From assembly GCF_009914755.1 (NCBI RefSeq), contig NC_060935.1: DNA of 64,000 nt; one strand, 5' to 3'. The notes beneath the pieces were generated by a model, which was not told where the DNA came from, did no database searches, and worked only from the letters and a program-made list of their open reading frames with translations. The position numbers were made by a program, and so were the translations under genes. Positions 1-14,070 of the stretch are shown one piece after another (positions within the stretch are counted from its first letter, which is position 1; each line of letters opens with the position of its first letter). This DNA is from the human T2T-CHM13v2.0 reference genome, Homo sapiens.

Positions 1-729
1 AACTATGGATTTTCCCTAAATTTGAAAAATAGTGACTCATTAACTTCCCACTCTGAAGGTAGATCTATTCAAAAGAAATTTAATTCCCTGTAACAAGCAC
101 TAAGGAGGAGTCAGAGTTACTGCAGAGGCAGACTTCTGTTAGGAAAAGGAGTTCAGACCTGAGAGCACCTGCTGGTGCACAGCAAAGGAGAACGAGCAGC
201 TTCTAAGAGGACTTCCTGCCATCCCACTGACCTTGGCTTCTCTCACTGTGTCCTCTAATGCAGGCACATGGACTTTTTGTTGCATTTGTATTTTATACTT
301 TGTCCAGTTCTCATATCCTTAAGACTCATGTCAGGCATGACCTCTTCCGGGAAGTCCTCACTGAGTAGTCTAGTTGGCTCAGGGACTCCCAAACCCCTAG
401 TATTGCCTTCTCTCTTGTACTGATCTCATTTGACCAAGGACTCTTTCTCTGATTACACTGTGCATTGCTTTAGGTTAGAAGACATAGCTCATTCATCTCA
501 GGATTCCATGGCTTAAAAGAGCACGGGCACTCAGACTTGCCTTCTGGATTTGTGGTGGTATGTGAACTCATTTTTCCTGCCGAAGATAGTTTTGATGTGG
601 ATCTTGAGAAAGAACGGGACTTCACCAGGTGGGTGAGAGAAAGGCAGAAGAAATAGCATGGACAAAAGAAAGCGTAGAGCCATGGGAATATATGATTAAG
701 AAATAGGTTGTGAGTAGGAAGTAGAGAAG

Positions 730-930
730 GTGTTTTGTCCAGCTTTTGAAATCAATCTTGTGGGGATAACCTACAATCTCACTTACTATCTGCGTGACCG
801 GAGGCAATTTACTTAGCTCTTTGCCCTTTGCTTTTCTCATTATAAGACTTTAATTAGGTGTATATAAATGGCTTACCACAGCACCAGGCATTCAGTGGGC
901 ACTCAATAAATTGTGGTTTTAAATATTATT
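730..930 (+). mobile_element. MIR SINE, degraded
   Basis: Core-like cacttactatctgcgtgacc...gcaatttacttagctct and 3' end gcactcaataaat. Confidence 0.6.
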
Positions 931-1304
931 ATTCTGAAAGGGGAGGCATAATTCTCTTGTGGGATGACCTGGGTTCCACTGCTTCTTGGTGTTGTTTGCT
1001 TAGAAGTCCAGGATTTAATAACCAACCTGTGCTATTATCTTTATTCATTCAGGTACTTAATTCACCCATTTAATTGATTGTTGAACAGCTACTATTGGCA
1101 ACATGTTGTGATATGCCGTGATAGCCTCAATGCAAGATGAATTCCCAGCCATTAAAAAGTTCAAAATCTTTCAAGGGGCATGAAGCATAGACCCAAAGCT
1201 ATGATCAAGACAGAGTCAAAGGGGAGTTGAGGAAAAGGTGCTAAGGGAGCCTGGAGGAAGAGGGGGCATTACTAGAAGGAGAAATTCATTTATGAAAAAG
1301 GGGA

Positions 1305-2680
1305 ATTTATGTCTTTTTCTGGTTGCTTTTTAAGATTTTCTCTTTATAATTGATTTTCAGCAATTTTATTACGGTTTTGTGTTTATTCCTGTGACTTGTT
1401 GAGTTTCCTGGATTTGTGGGCTTAATTTACATCAAATTTGAAAAAATCTCAGCTATTATTTTTACTGTTTTCATCTCTCTCTTCTCCTTGTGGGACTCTA
1501 ATTACATGTTAGACCACTTGACATTGTCCCTCAGGTCACTGAAGTTCTGTTCATTTTTTTCAGCCTTTATTCTTCTCTCTTTCTGCTTCAGTTTGGATAG
1601 TTTTTATTGCCCTGTATTCAAATTCATGAAACTTTTTATTCCACAGTGTACAATCTGCTGTTAAACCCAACAGTGAACTTTTTATTTCAGATACTACATT
1701 TTTCAATTCAAGAATTTCAATTTGGTTCCATTTCTCTATGAAGATGTTCTGTTTGCTCACTCATTATATTCATATTTTTCTCTAATTCCTTGAACAGATT
1801 TATAGTATCTATTTTCAAAGTCCTTATTTGCTAATTCCATAATTCCTGTAATCTATGTTTCTACTGAGTAATCTTTCTCTTGGTTATGAGTTCCCTATCC
1901 TTCTTCTATGCACACATAATTTTTTATTGTATACTGCACATTATGGATATTAAGATGTTTGGGGTCTGGATTTTGTTGTCTTCCCTAAAAAAATGTTGAG
2001 TTTTTGCTTAGGTAGGCAGTTAATTTACTTGCAGATTAGTATGATCATTTCAAGGCTTATTTTAATCACCATTAGATTAGGCCTAAAGTAGCCTTGACTC
2101 TATAACTAGATTAACCCTATTCCTAAAGCATGGCCTTTCTCCAGTGTGTAGTGGAAGCCTAGGAAGTTCAACAAGGTCCTTCCCTTCTGGGTAGTTGGAA
2201 CGGAAACATCTCTCAGCCTGGTGTGAATGTCAGCATGCAGCTGCTTGGTAGTTGTTTTATTTCCTGGCAGTTGTTTTTTCCCCAGTAGATGTTCTTTGAC
2301 CAGCCACATGAAGTTTTTCCTTGCATATGTGAAGCTTGGCATTTAATCAAAGGCTCATGAGGACCTCAATGCAGATTTCTGTAGCCTTTTCTCTCTAGTA
2401 CCCTATCCTACAAATTCCAGATTTGTCAATGGCCCTAAACTAGTAGGATGGTTGTGTTCTATCTGAACTCTACTACTTGGGAGTTTTATAAAGTTCCTCT
2501 AAGCTGAAAGCTGGAACGACCATGTAACTTGTGTAGTTTTCTACCTCTTGGAAGCCATAGCTTTGTGCTGCCTTTTATCTAAAATCAGAAAATAGTAATT
2601 TCATACACTGTGTTCATTTTTACAATCGCTTACGGTAGGATGGCTAGTCCAATTCCAGTTATTCTATTATGGCCAGAGTG
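1305..2680 (-). mobile_element. Ancient L1 (L1M/L1ME) 5' region, ORF1 remnant
   Basis: T-rich on +; minus-strand ORF 1560-1760 (EILELKNVVSEIKSSL) resembles the L1 ORF1p coiled coil. Confidence 0.75.
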
Positions 2681-2779
2681 GAAGGGTGGGAAATGGAGAA
2701 TCGGAAGAGTTGTTTGAAGACTAGGGAAGATACAGACATAAGGCAATAAATGAAGAGACACCTCTCAGAAAGAGTATCA

Positions 2780-3390
2780 ATCTCTGTTTTGTGTTAGGCA
2801 CAGGGGATTTTGTGGTGAATAAGACAAACAGAGACTTGTCCTAATGGAGTTTATAGCTTGTTCTGATCTGTGTTCATTTCCACCATTCCCCGGATGCCTA
2901 TTCTGTGCAAAACACTGGGGTGTGCAAGAAGTTGGTATTACAAAGAAGAATAAAACGCAATTCTGGTCTTCAGGGATTTCATGTCTTTTGGGAGATATGA
3001 ACTAAGAGATAAATAAAGAGTTTCAACATAAAGTAGTGAGTGAGGTGACAAAGTTATGCCAAGAGTGCTATCGGGTAAGGGAGATGGACTTGGAAGTCTA
3101 GCCTCCTCTATGATATATGCACTATATTTCCTAGAATGAGTAAGAGTTAACCAGGAGTGGAAGGAATAGAGTGAGGCCCTCTAGAAAATAGCAACAAGAT
3201 AATCAAAAGCACAGAGACACACCGTACCGGCTGAAAACTGTAAGCATCTCAGTGTGATAGGATGAGATAAGACTGGAGAGGCAGATCAGCTCTTAAAGGG
3301 GTTTGCATGCCATGTCAAGAGTTTAGATTTTGTCCTGAGGGCAATGGGGGAGCCATGGAAAGCTTTGAAGCAGAGGAGTGACGTCCTGAA
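2780..3390 (-). mobile_element. L2 LINE fragments
   Basis: tgtgttaggcacagggga...gtgaataagaca and tttagattttgtcctgagggcaatgggg agccatggaaagctttgaagcag are typical antisense L2 segments. Confidence 0.65.
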
Positions 3391-3779
3391 AACTCCTGTC
3401 CTTGACATCTCCCAGCTGGCAGGGAAAGTACTGAGTACTCAAAAGGGGATTTATGGGACTGGAGAGGGCTTAGAAGTCAATTACCTTCTACCAGGAATTT
3501 GAAGGACCCTTTCATAAGAGCCATTTGGATTTCTAAAAAAATAGTATAAGACACTTACAAACAAATGCTATGGGTCAAAATCTTGTCAACAGAGATACAG
3601 AAAAGTAGCAAATGCAGCAGGAGGAGATGTGCTTCTTCAGGTAAGTGGTGGGTGGAAAAGAATTATAAAATTTTAAAGTTAGAATGGGCCTTGAACATCA
3701 CTGCTTTTTTTTTTTTTTCTTAATATATGACATTGGAGGCAACTAAGATTCAGAGAGATGAGATGCAGAGTGAGGGTGG

Positions 3780-3950
3780 CAAGAAAGGCTTTGGAGTTAG
3801 GCTGACCTGAGTTTGAATCCTGGATTGACCATTTTACTAGCTGAAACCTTGCATCGATCACTTAAGCTCTCTGAATTTTAGGTTCTTCACCTGCACAATG
3901 GGGGATAAGAAAACCTACCTGGCTGAATTGCAGTAAGACTCATAAGAGAT
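3780..3950 (+). mobile_element. MIR SINE
   Basis: ctttggagttaggctgacctgagtttgaatcctgg...ttcttcacctgcacaatggggataa. Confidence 0.75.
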
Positions 3951-4102
3951 CAGTGGAGTGGTTCCCATTGAGCCTAAACTGAGATCGCTTATGTAAGGTC
4001 ATCAGCTCCTTAGCTGCTCCTTTGCTCAGCTGATTTACGTGGAGAGAAGAAAGCCGCAAGGAGGACTGTTTCCTTAGGAACAGCCTCAAAAACTAGGGGG
4101 AA

Positions 4103-4597
4103 TGGCAGTGGATTTTAAAGATGGCTGCAAATTCTTTGTCACTAACCTCATCATGAGCTAGGGCTTATTTTCTTTCCCCTTGAATCCTGGCTGGCCCTGT
4201 GACTACTTTAACTAATTGAATGCAGCAGATGCTAGCTCTGGGCCCACACCCTAAGAGAACTAGTAACCTATGCTTCCTCCCTATTGGAACACTCTTGAGA
4301 TCCAACTATCATGAAAAGAAGTCTAAGCTAGCTAAGTGGAAAAACCACATGGAGAGACAGCGGTGCCAGCCTTCCAACTGACCCTGTGAAGGCACAGAAC
4401 ACATGAGTAAAGCCATCTTCGATGTTTTAGCCCCAGCCAAGAGCTCCAGCCACCATGCGACTAAAGCCTCATAAGAGACCCTGAGCAGAACTTACAGAGC
4501 TGCCCAGTCAACCCACAGAATTATGAAAAATAACACATGGTTGTTATTTTAAGCCTTTAAGTTTTAGGATAGTTTGTTACACAGCAAAGGATACCCA
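4103..4597 (+). mobile_element. MaLR solo LTR, MLT1 (G/H-like)
   Basis: Start aagatggctgcaaattctttg; end ttttaagcctttaagttttaggatagtttgttacacagcaa. Confidence 0.75.
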
Positions 4598-5757
4598 GAA
4601 GGGATAGGAAGGTTTGCTCTCCTGCCTGGGCCCAGGGTCAGCTCTGAGCCTTATTGGGAAGCTGAAGAAGCTATTAAATAGTGGACCCAAGCAGTGCTGC
4701 TTTGGGGCCTAGGAATCAAGGTTAGCATGGAGTCAAGGTGAGGCTCCTTCTCTTCCCTTCTCTAGGAAACAGCATGTTTATGGTACACTGTAGACAGTGC
4801 AGTGATTAAGGGTTTGCAGCTTTGGGATGACCCTGGGGCAGAAGAATGGTGGTCTTGTGGAGGGCTCCAGCTGTAAGGGCCGGGGCATGGTTCCACCTTC
4901 CCAGTGGCTTGTAGTCAGAGAGAATATTAACAAGGGGTGCGATGTGAAGGTGCCAAAGAAGAGTTCTTCTCAAACACATGGGAGGCCTCTGGAGGCTTCC
5001 AGAAAGCCCCAAGGGGGGACCCTCAAGTAAGCTGTAGGTCCTGTGCAAGTTGTTGGGGCGGGGGTAGGGTGGGTGTAGGAATACAGGAAATTTGGATTAT
5101 TTCCATCAAAGTGACCACAGGCTGCTGAGGCCCAGGAACATTCATGTTTTGTGTATAAAGCTCCTAAGATAGTGTTTGGTACATGGTAAATTCTCAATAA
5201 GTGACAGACTTCATCATTAGGAAAGTGGCCCTAAAATTCAGAGCAGTCCAGCGTGTTCTCTCCATGAGACTGTGACCTCTGCAAAGAGCTCACACTATTC
5301 TCTGGAGACTCAGGCAAATCCCATCAGTCTCCAAAGTTTACATATGTCCTTGTTTTGGCACAGAAGATAATACTCTGATTTGAGGGGTTATGACTCTGAA
5401 TCTTAAAGCAAATGTTACCTTTCTTTGCTAAACCATTCAACAAAGAAAGTTGGAAAAAATAAAATGACTGTTACAACTTTAAGACTGGTTAAAATACGTG
5501 CCATAGTTATAATTCAGGAGCTACCCACATGCAAAGCACAGTGCCTCTCAGTAGGATGGCTGCAGGAGAAAGGACGTCCCACCATCACCTCTTAGCTTAA
5601 TGGGGAAAAGAAGAAAGGCCCTGAGCTTCAGCATCCACAGCTGGAATTTATCCATTGTTTCTTTCCCCCTGAAGTTTGGCTTTGATGAATATGAAGACCC
5701 AGTGAAACTCTACAGGCCTCAAGTCAGCAAGAGAAAGCTAAGTTCTGGACTGGCGTC

Positions 5758-6165
5758 TATTATGGGTTGAATGTATGTGTCCCTTTAGAATTTACATGTT
5801 GAAGCCCTACCCATGATGTGATGGCATTGGAAGGTAGAGCCTTTTTAGGAGGTAATTAGGTTTAGATGAAGTAATGAAGGTGGGACCGTGATGACAGGAT
5901 CAGTGCCCTTATAAGAGGAGGAAAAGAGAAGTCTTCTCTCTCTCTTCTCTCTTTCCTTGGTGTATATACACCGAGGAAAGGCCATGTGAACACACAGTGA
6001 AAAGGCTGCTGTCTATTAGCCAGAACGTATGCCCTCACCAAAAACCAAATCTGCTGGCACCTTGATCTTGGACTTCCCAGCTTCAAGAAATGTGAGACAT
6101 AACTGTCTGTTGTTCAAGCCACTAGTCTATGGTATTTTGTTATAGCACCCCAAGCTGACTAAGGT
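5758..6165 (+). mobile_element. MaLR solo LTR, MLT1A-like
   Basis: tatgggttgaatgt...gcaccttgatcttggacttcccagc...ggtattttgttatagca...gactaag. Confidence 0.85.
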
Positions 6166-6209
6166 AGCTTATTTGCTCAGTGGTCAATGGAACCACACCC
6201 AGGCTTCAT

Positions 6210-6415
6210 GGTACAGTAGAAAAGCACTGAAAGACAGAAATCCAGGCTGAAAACCTGGCTCAGTCAGTTTCAAGCTGGAGGACACTGGGCAAGTCACTTA
6301 GCCTCTCTGAGCTTCACTTTCTTTATCTTTGAAATGGCACTAACAACATTGCTCTGTCAGTCTCACCTAGACGTTGTTAGAATCAAAAGAGATTTAAGAG
6401 GACTTTAGAAATTAT
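6210..6415 (+). mobile_element. MIR SINE
   Basis: ctgggcaagtcacttagcctctctgagcttcactttctttatct core. Confidence 0.7.
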
Positions 6416-7242
6416 AGGGGGGATTTTGGCCTATGGCCAAATGAGGAGGTTGACAAATCATCTCTTCTCAAAAGGAAATGTAAAGTTTGACAAAATTGAC
6501 AAAAATAACTATTTTAATTTTCTGGAAATTGACAAAAGGCATATAATGATCTCCGAAGTGATTATGCTTGAAAAACTGCTATATTTTAGGTAAGAACAGT
6601 GGGACTCAGTGGTGTTATCATCCTGGGCTTGTTCTGTCCACCACGCCTTGGCCAGCACAGTTCTGCCAGGGTGAAGTTGCTATGAGGATTGGCAACTTGG
6701 CTTACAAGGTCAGTGGGAGCAGCAGCTGATGCCCATGGCTGGTGGCATTGTCGTAAAAGTAGTGACTCTTGGCAGCAGGTAAGTGGGGAGGGCCAATGGT
6801 TCTGGTAGCATGAGGTCATAGTGGGGCAAGCATATTCTTGGCTGAGATGTGAATGAATAGTGGAGTCCAGAGAGGTTCCAGACCATTCTCATACTTCTGG
6901 CCAACCCTGAGGATGCATAAATGAAGGCATGCATACATACAGGAGATGTAAAAGGACCCAGTGGAAATCAAAAGCCAGACAGGTTTTAAAAAGACCTAAG
7001 CTTTGAATGTATTTCCCTTCATCTCACATCTCCATTGGCAGAACATCTGGCTCAAACACATGGAAGTGTTTTGAGCACAGTCTCTGTCCATCTGTCCATT
7101 GGTTGATCACTAAGCTATGTAGTCAGAAGCTGAAAAGTGACAAGAAAAAAATCAAGTGATTAGGGACACCAGTGGTCACACCGCGGGAGAGAAACATTTC
7201 ACAGATTTAGCCCAGACATGTTCTAAACAAAGATAAACAATG

Positions 7243-7631
<389 letters not shown>

Positions 7632-8683
7632 TTACAATATAGTAACTGAAGTGTCCAGTTTTCAACAACAAAATCAAAATTACAAGACATGCATACAAAG
7701 AAACAGGAAAGTGTGACCCATACTTAGGAAGGAAAGCAGTCAATAGAAACTGACTGAGAGTGGGACAACATTAAGCCCAACAACAAACATATAATAAAGG
7801 CTCCAGGAGAGGAGAAAGAGAGAAACCAGAGAAAGAGAAGAGAGAGGTGCAGAGGAAATTATTTGAAGAAATAATTATTAAACTTCCCCTTATTTGATGA
7901 AAAACATTAATCTATATATCCAAGAAGCAAAATGAACCCCTAGCAAGATAAATGAGAAGAGATCCATACAGAGACACATCATAAACTGTTGAAAGCCAAA
8001 GACACAGAGAAAATTTTGAAAATTGGTAAGAGAAAAATGACTGATTGTTTACAGGAAAGCATCAATACAATTAATGGCTGACTCCTCATCTTAAACAATG
8101 GAGGGCATATCAGAGCTGTTAGAGAAATAACTGTCAATGAACAATTTTATATCCAGCAAAACTATCCTTAAAAAGTGAAGGTAAAACAAAGACATTCTCA
8201 GATAAACAAAGACTGAGAGAATTTACTGCTAGGAGACCTGCCTCACATGTCTAAATCAAGTCTTTTAAGCTGAAAGGGAATAATATTGAGATATACTCAA
8301 ATCCACAGAAAGAAGTGAAAAGCATCAGAAATGGAAAATACACACATTAATAAAAATAAACCTATCAATATAAATTTTCTCATTTCTTCTCTTAATATCT
8401 TTAAAAAATATAAGATTGAGTGAAACAATAATTATAACACTGTATAGTTAGGTTTATAATATGTATATATATATATGTGTGACAAAAAATAGCAAAAGAA
8501 AGAAGAAAGGAATACAGTCATCTTGGAGCATAGTTTTCAGGTTTTAGTGAAATTGGTAGTGACAAAATAGATTGTGACAAATTAAAATGCATTTTGTATT
8601 CCCTAGAGCAACCACTAAAAAAAATCCTCAAGATATAGTTAAAAAAATCAACAAAGGTATTACAATGCTACATAAAAACTTTA

Positions 8684-9100
<417 letters not shown>

Positions 9101-9227
9101 CTAAATGACCCAATCAAAAGGCTGATATTGTGACAGCAGATAAAAAAGCAAGATCCAATGATATATTGTCTATAGGAAACATACTTTAGATTGTAAGACA
9201 CAAACAGCTTCAAAGTAAAAGAATGGA

Positions 9228-12200
9228 GCCAGGAGAAATGTCTGCCACTGAGAGGCTGGGACATCAGGAAGACTGATACATTCTAAGTGGATCTTCAGAG
9301 GGAAGACATTGATAGTGGATGAAGGGAGGATGCAGATGCTGGGCTGAAGGCGGGGGGAAGCTGGGAACCCTGCATGGGGCTACTGAGCACCAGCCTGGCC
9401 CTCAGCAACTCCTGGGGAAGGGGTGGGTTGAACAGGCAAGGAATGGCATGCTCTTGCCATGAACTTCCAGAATCCTGGCAGCAGGAGACCCCCCCCAAAT
9501 CCCATGAACACTTGAGCTGTCAAGGAGAGATGCTTATAGAGGTTGTAGGAGCAGGGCTCCAGCCTGCGCAGAGCCCAAAGGGTTTGGTGCAGGAACATCT
9601 GCAGTAGAGCACGGCCAGGGATGGCCATTCTCCATGGCTTACTATTCTCCTTTAGGAGATTTTAGCCTTGAGGGGGACTACTGAAGCTGGACAGAGCAGG
9701 GTGGTCTTACTTGTGAGATACAGCCAGTCTGAACTAATTGCCCCCCTGTATGTTGGCCTCTCCTGGGACCCGAGTTTGGCCATGCCTACTTGCAATGCAG
9801 CCTTGGATGCCCAACCAGGGTGCATCCTGGGGGCTCTCACCATAGCTCCTTTGTCAGCAAACCATGCCTGACCATTGGAGAGCTCCAGCAGAACATCCCC
9901 TGCCAATGTGCACCAACTCACCTGTATTCTTCCCCCAATGCCTGCAGCCTCCCTCCACTGTTTTGCTGTCATGCATTTGCCCATAGCTCCCCATCTCCCC
10001 TGCTTTTCTGGTGCATCCAGGGTGCACCTGGCTTCCCCACCCCCACCAGCACATGTGTGCAAGCATACCCCACTGCACTAGCTGGCATGAGCACACCCTG
10101 CCATCCCCACCCCCCCACTGATACATGGGTACCTGGTTGTGCTGCCCTTGCTGGCATGAAAGCACATACAAACACTAGTGGCCCTGCACCTCCCCTTCTG
10201 TAAACGTGTGCACAGAAGCCAGCAGCTTTGTGCCTGCCAGCACCTCACTCCTGCCAGTGCAAATGCACACAGGAATGTTGGGGTTCACTCCTGTGAGTAC
10301 TCTGCCCCAGCCAACACATGGGTACCCTGCCATGCTGCTACAGCTACTGACATGTGCAAGTGAAATGGATCCTGCTGCCCCTTCCCTGATGAGGTGCTCT
10401 GGCTGGCACCACCCATTGGAGTGTTGTGGCCAGTGAACTGGGAACACCTCAGCCCCTCCAATGCAGCAGGTTCCTAACCTCTAGAACAAAGGCAGGGGCC
10501 CAGTACTAGTTTCCAAGAGTTACAGCACACAGCCCAAAAGTGCCAAGCTGAGTCTTGGCCCTCTAAAATCTTCAAGAAACAAGGCTAGTTGAGTGAATCC
10601 ACCTTATACCAAAATCAAACCCCCAAGCGCATCAAACAAGATAAAATCAAAAAAACCCATTGGAAGGATAGCAACTTGAAAGACTGAAGGAACATCAGCC
10701 CACACAGATGAGAAAGAACTAGTGCAATAACTTTGAGATTTCAAAAAGCCAAGGGGTCTTCTCATCTCCAATTGACTGCACTAGTTCCCCAGCAATGATT
10801 CTTAACCAGGCTGAAATGTCCAAAACTAAAGAAACAGAATTCACAATATGCATAGGAGCAAAGATCATCAGGATTCAGAAGAAACCTAATCCAAGGATTC
10901 TAAGGAATACAACAGAACAATACAGGAGATGAAAGATAAAATGGCCATTTTAAGAAAGAACCAAACTGATCTGATAGAGCTGATCTGATACAGCTGATAA
11001 ATTCACTTTAAGAATTTCATAATACAATTGTAAGTATTAACAGTAGAATTAACCAAGCTGAGAAAACAGAGCTTGAAGACCAGTTCCCCAAAATAACTCA
11101 GTCAGACAAAAATAAAGAAAAAAGAAGAAAGAAGAATGAACAAAGCCTTTAAGAAATATGGAATTGTGTAAAGAGGCCAAATCTGTAAGTCACTGGCATC
11201 CCTCAAAGAGAGGAAGAGAAAGCAAGCAACTTCATATTTGAGGATATCACCCAGGAAAATTTCCCCAACCTTGCTAGAGAGGCCAACATTTAAACTCAGA
11301 AAATGTAGACAACCCTTGTGAGATACTGTACAAGATGGCCATCCCCAAGACACACAGTCTTCATATTCTCCAAGGTCAAAATGAAAAAAAAAAAAGTTAA
11401 TGGCAGCTAAAGGGAAGGGGAAGGTCTCCTACAAAAATAACTCCATCAGGCTAACAGCAGAACTTTCAGCAGAAATCCCACAAGCCTGAAATTGGGGGCC
11501 TATATTCAGCATTCTTTAAGAAAACAAATTTCAACCAAGAATTTCATATCCAGCCAAACTAAGCTTCATAAGCAAAGAAGAAATAAAATACTTTTCAGAT
11601 AAGCAAATGGTAAGGGAATTTGCTACCATGAGACCTGCCTTACAAAAGGTCTGCAAGGGAGTGCTAAATATGGAAAGACAAGATGGTTACTGGTCTTCAG
11701 TAACTGCTAGATATTGTACAAGATGACCATCCCCAAAGGTCTATGTACACACATAAGTATATAGACCATTGACACTATAAAGTGACAACACAATAAAGTC
11801 TGCATAATAACCAGCTAACAACATAATGACAGGATCAAATCTGCACATATCAACTCGGATAAAGAAGCAAGACCCAACTGTATGTTGTCTTCAAGAGACC
11901 ATCTCACATGCTATGGCACCCACAGGCTTAAAATAAAGGAATGGAGAAAAATCTAGCAAGCAGAAAGCAAACAGAAAAACACAGGGGTTGCTATTCTAAT
12001 TTCAGAAAAAAAAAAAAACAGACTTTAAACCAACAAAGATCAAAAAAGACAAAGAAGGGCATTACTTAATGGTAAAGGGTTCAATCCAACAAGAAGATCT
12101 AGCTATCCTAAATATGTATTCATCCAACACCGGAGAACTCAGATTCATAAAGCAAGTTCTTAGAGATCTAGAAAGAGAGTTGGGTAACCAGATAATAATA

Positions 12201-13988
12201 GTGGGAGCTGTCAATGTCCCACTGACGGTAGGAGATAGATCACCAAGGTAGAAAACTAGCAAAGAGATTCAGGATCTGAATTCAATGCTTGACCAAATGG
12301 ACCTAACAGATATCTACAGAACTCTCCACCCCAAACCAACAGAATATAAATTCTTACCATCTGCACAAGGCACACACTTTAAATCGACTACACAATCATC
12401 GGCAAATTAAGAGATACCAACCACGCTCTTGGACCACAGCACAATAAAAATAGAAATCAATACTGAGAAAATTGCACAAAACCATACAATTACATGGAAT
12501 TAAATGGAAATTAAACAACCTTTTGTGTAAAGTATGAAACTAAGGCAGAAATCAAGAAATTCTTTGAAATTAATGAGAACAAAGATACAACATATCAGGA
12601 TCTCTAAAGCATTGTTAAGATGAAAGACTATAGCGCTAAACAGTCACATCAAAAAGTTAGAAAGATCTCAAATTAACAACCGAACATCACACCTACACTA
12701 ACTAGAGAAACAAGAGCAAACCAACTCCAAAGCTAGTAGAAGACAAGAAATAACCAACATCAGAGCTGAATGGAAGGAAATTGAGATGCAAAAAACCATA
12801 AGAAAGATCAATGAATCCAGGAGTTGGTTTTTTGATACAAGTAAGACTGACAAGCTGCTAGCTAGGCTAATAAAGAAAAAAAGAGAGAAGATACAAATAA
12901 ACACAATCAGAAATGACAAAGGTGACATTATTAATGATCCCATAGAAATACCAAAAAAAAAAAAAAAAAAACAACTCTGACTACTATGAATACCTCTATG
13001 TACACAAACTAGAAAACTAAGTAGGAATTGATAAATTCCTCAAAACATACAATGTCCCCAGATTGAACCAGGAAGAAATTGAATCCCTGAACGTACCAAT
13101 AATGAATCCTGAAATTGAATCAGTAATGAAAAGCCTACCCACCAGAGAAAAACCAGGACCAGATGGATTCACAGCTGAATTCTACCAGATGTATAAAGAA
13201 GAGTTGATCCATTCCTACTGAAACTATTCCAAAAAATTTAGGAGGAGGTACTCCTCCCTAACTCATTCTATGAGGCCAGCATTATCCTGATACCAAAACC
13301 TGGCAGAGAAAAAGAGAAAACTTTAGGCAATATCCTTGATCAATATAGTTGCAAAAATCCTCAACAACGTATTAGCAAGTCAAATCCAGGAGCACATCAA
13401 AAAGGTAATCCACCACGATCAATTAGGCTTATCCCTGGAATGCAAGGTTTGTTCAATATACGCAAGTCAATAAATGTGATTCATCACATAAACAAAACTC
13501 AAAACAAAAACCACATGATCATCTCAAAGAGGCAGAAAAGGCTTTCAATAAAATTCAACATTGCTTCATGTTAAAAACCCTCAACAAACTAGGCATTGAA
13601 GGAATATATACCTCAAAATAATAACAGCCATCTATGACAAACCCATTACACTGAATGGGCAAAAACTTGAAGCATTTCCCCTGAGAGCAAGAAAAAGAAA
13701 AGGATGCCCACTCTCACCACTCCTATCCAACACAGTTCTTGAAGTCCTAGCCAAAGCAATCAAGAAAAAGAAATAAATAAAAGGCATACAAAGAGGAAGA
13801 CAGCAAGTCAAACTATCCTTGTTTTCAGATAATATGATTCTATACCTAGAAAACTCCACAGTTTCTACCCAAAAGCTCCTAGATCTGATAAATAACTTCA
13901 GCCGAGTTTCAGGATACAAAATCAGTGTACAAAAATCAGTAGCATTTCTATACACTAACAATGCCTAAGCTGAGAGCTAAGTCAAGAA
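9228..13988 (+). mobile_element. Primate L1 (L1PA13/L1PREC2-like): 5'UTR, ORF1 and ORF2 through RT; disabled, 3' end missing
   Basis: GC-rich 5'UTR ~9228-10700; ORF2 start atgacaggatcaaat ~11827; ORF2 peptides MVKGSIQQEDLAILNMY (EN) and [16 protein letters not shown]; RT-region sequence ~13150-13980; many stops and frameshifts. Confidence 0.92.
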
Positions 13989-14070
13989 AAAGTCTGAAAT
14001 CACACAAAGTATTTTTTTCACCACAACAGAATTATATTAGAAATCACCAACAAAAAGAAATGTAGGAACT
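13989..14070 (+). mobile_element. Resumption of old L1M ORF2 endonuclease region
   Basis: tctgaaatcacacaaagtatttttttcaccacaacagaattatattagaaatca resembles the EII-S-FSDHN-IKLEIN coding segment. Confidence 0.6.

Noticed and set aside
6450-6540. Four TTGACAAA copies
   Set aside because: They lie inside the L1M 5' region and are probably consensus-derived or slippage; no independent support.
9295-10447. Dense overlapping ORFs (up to 137 aa)
   Set aside because: They lie in the GC-rich L1 5'UTR, where stops are rare; no recognisable protein.
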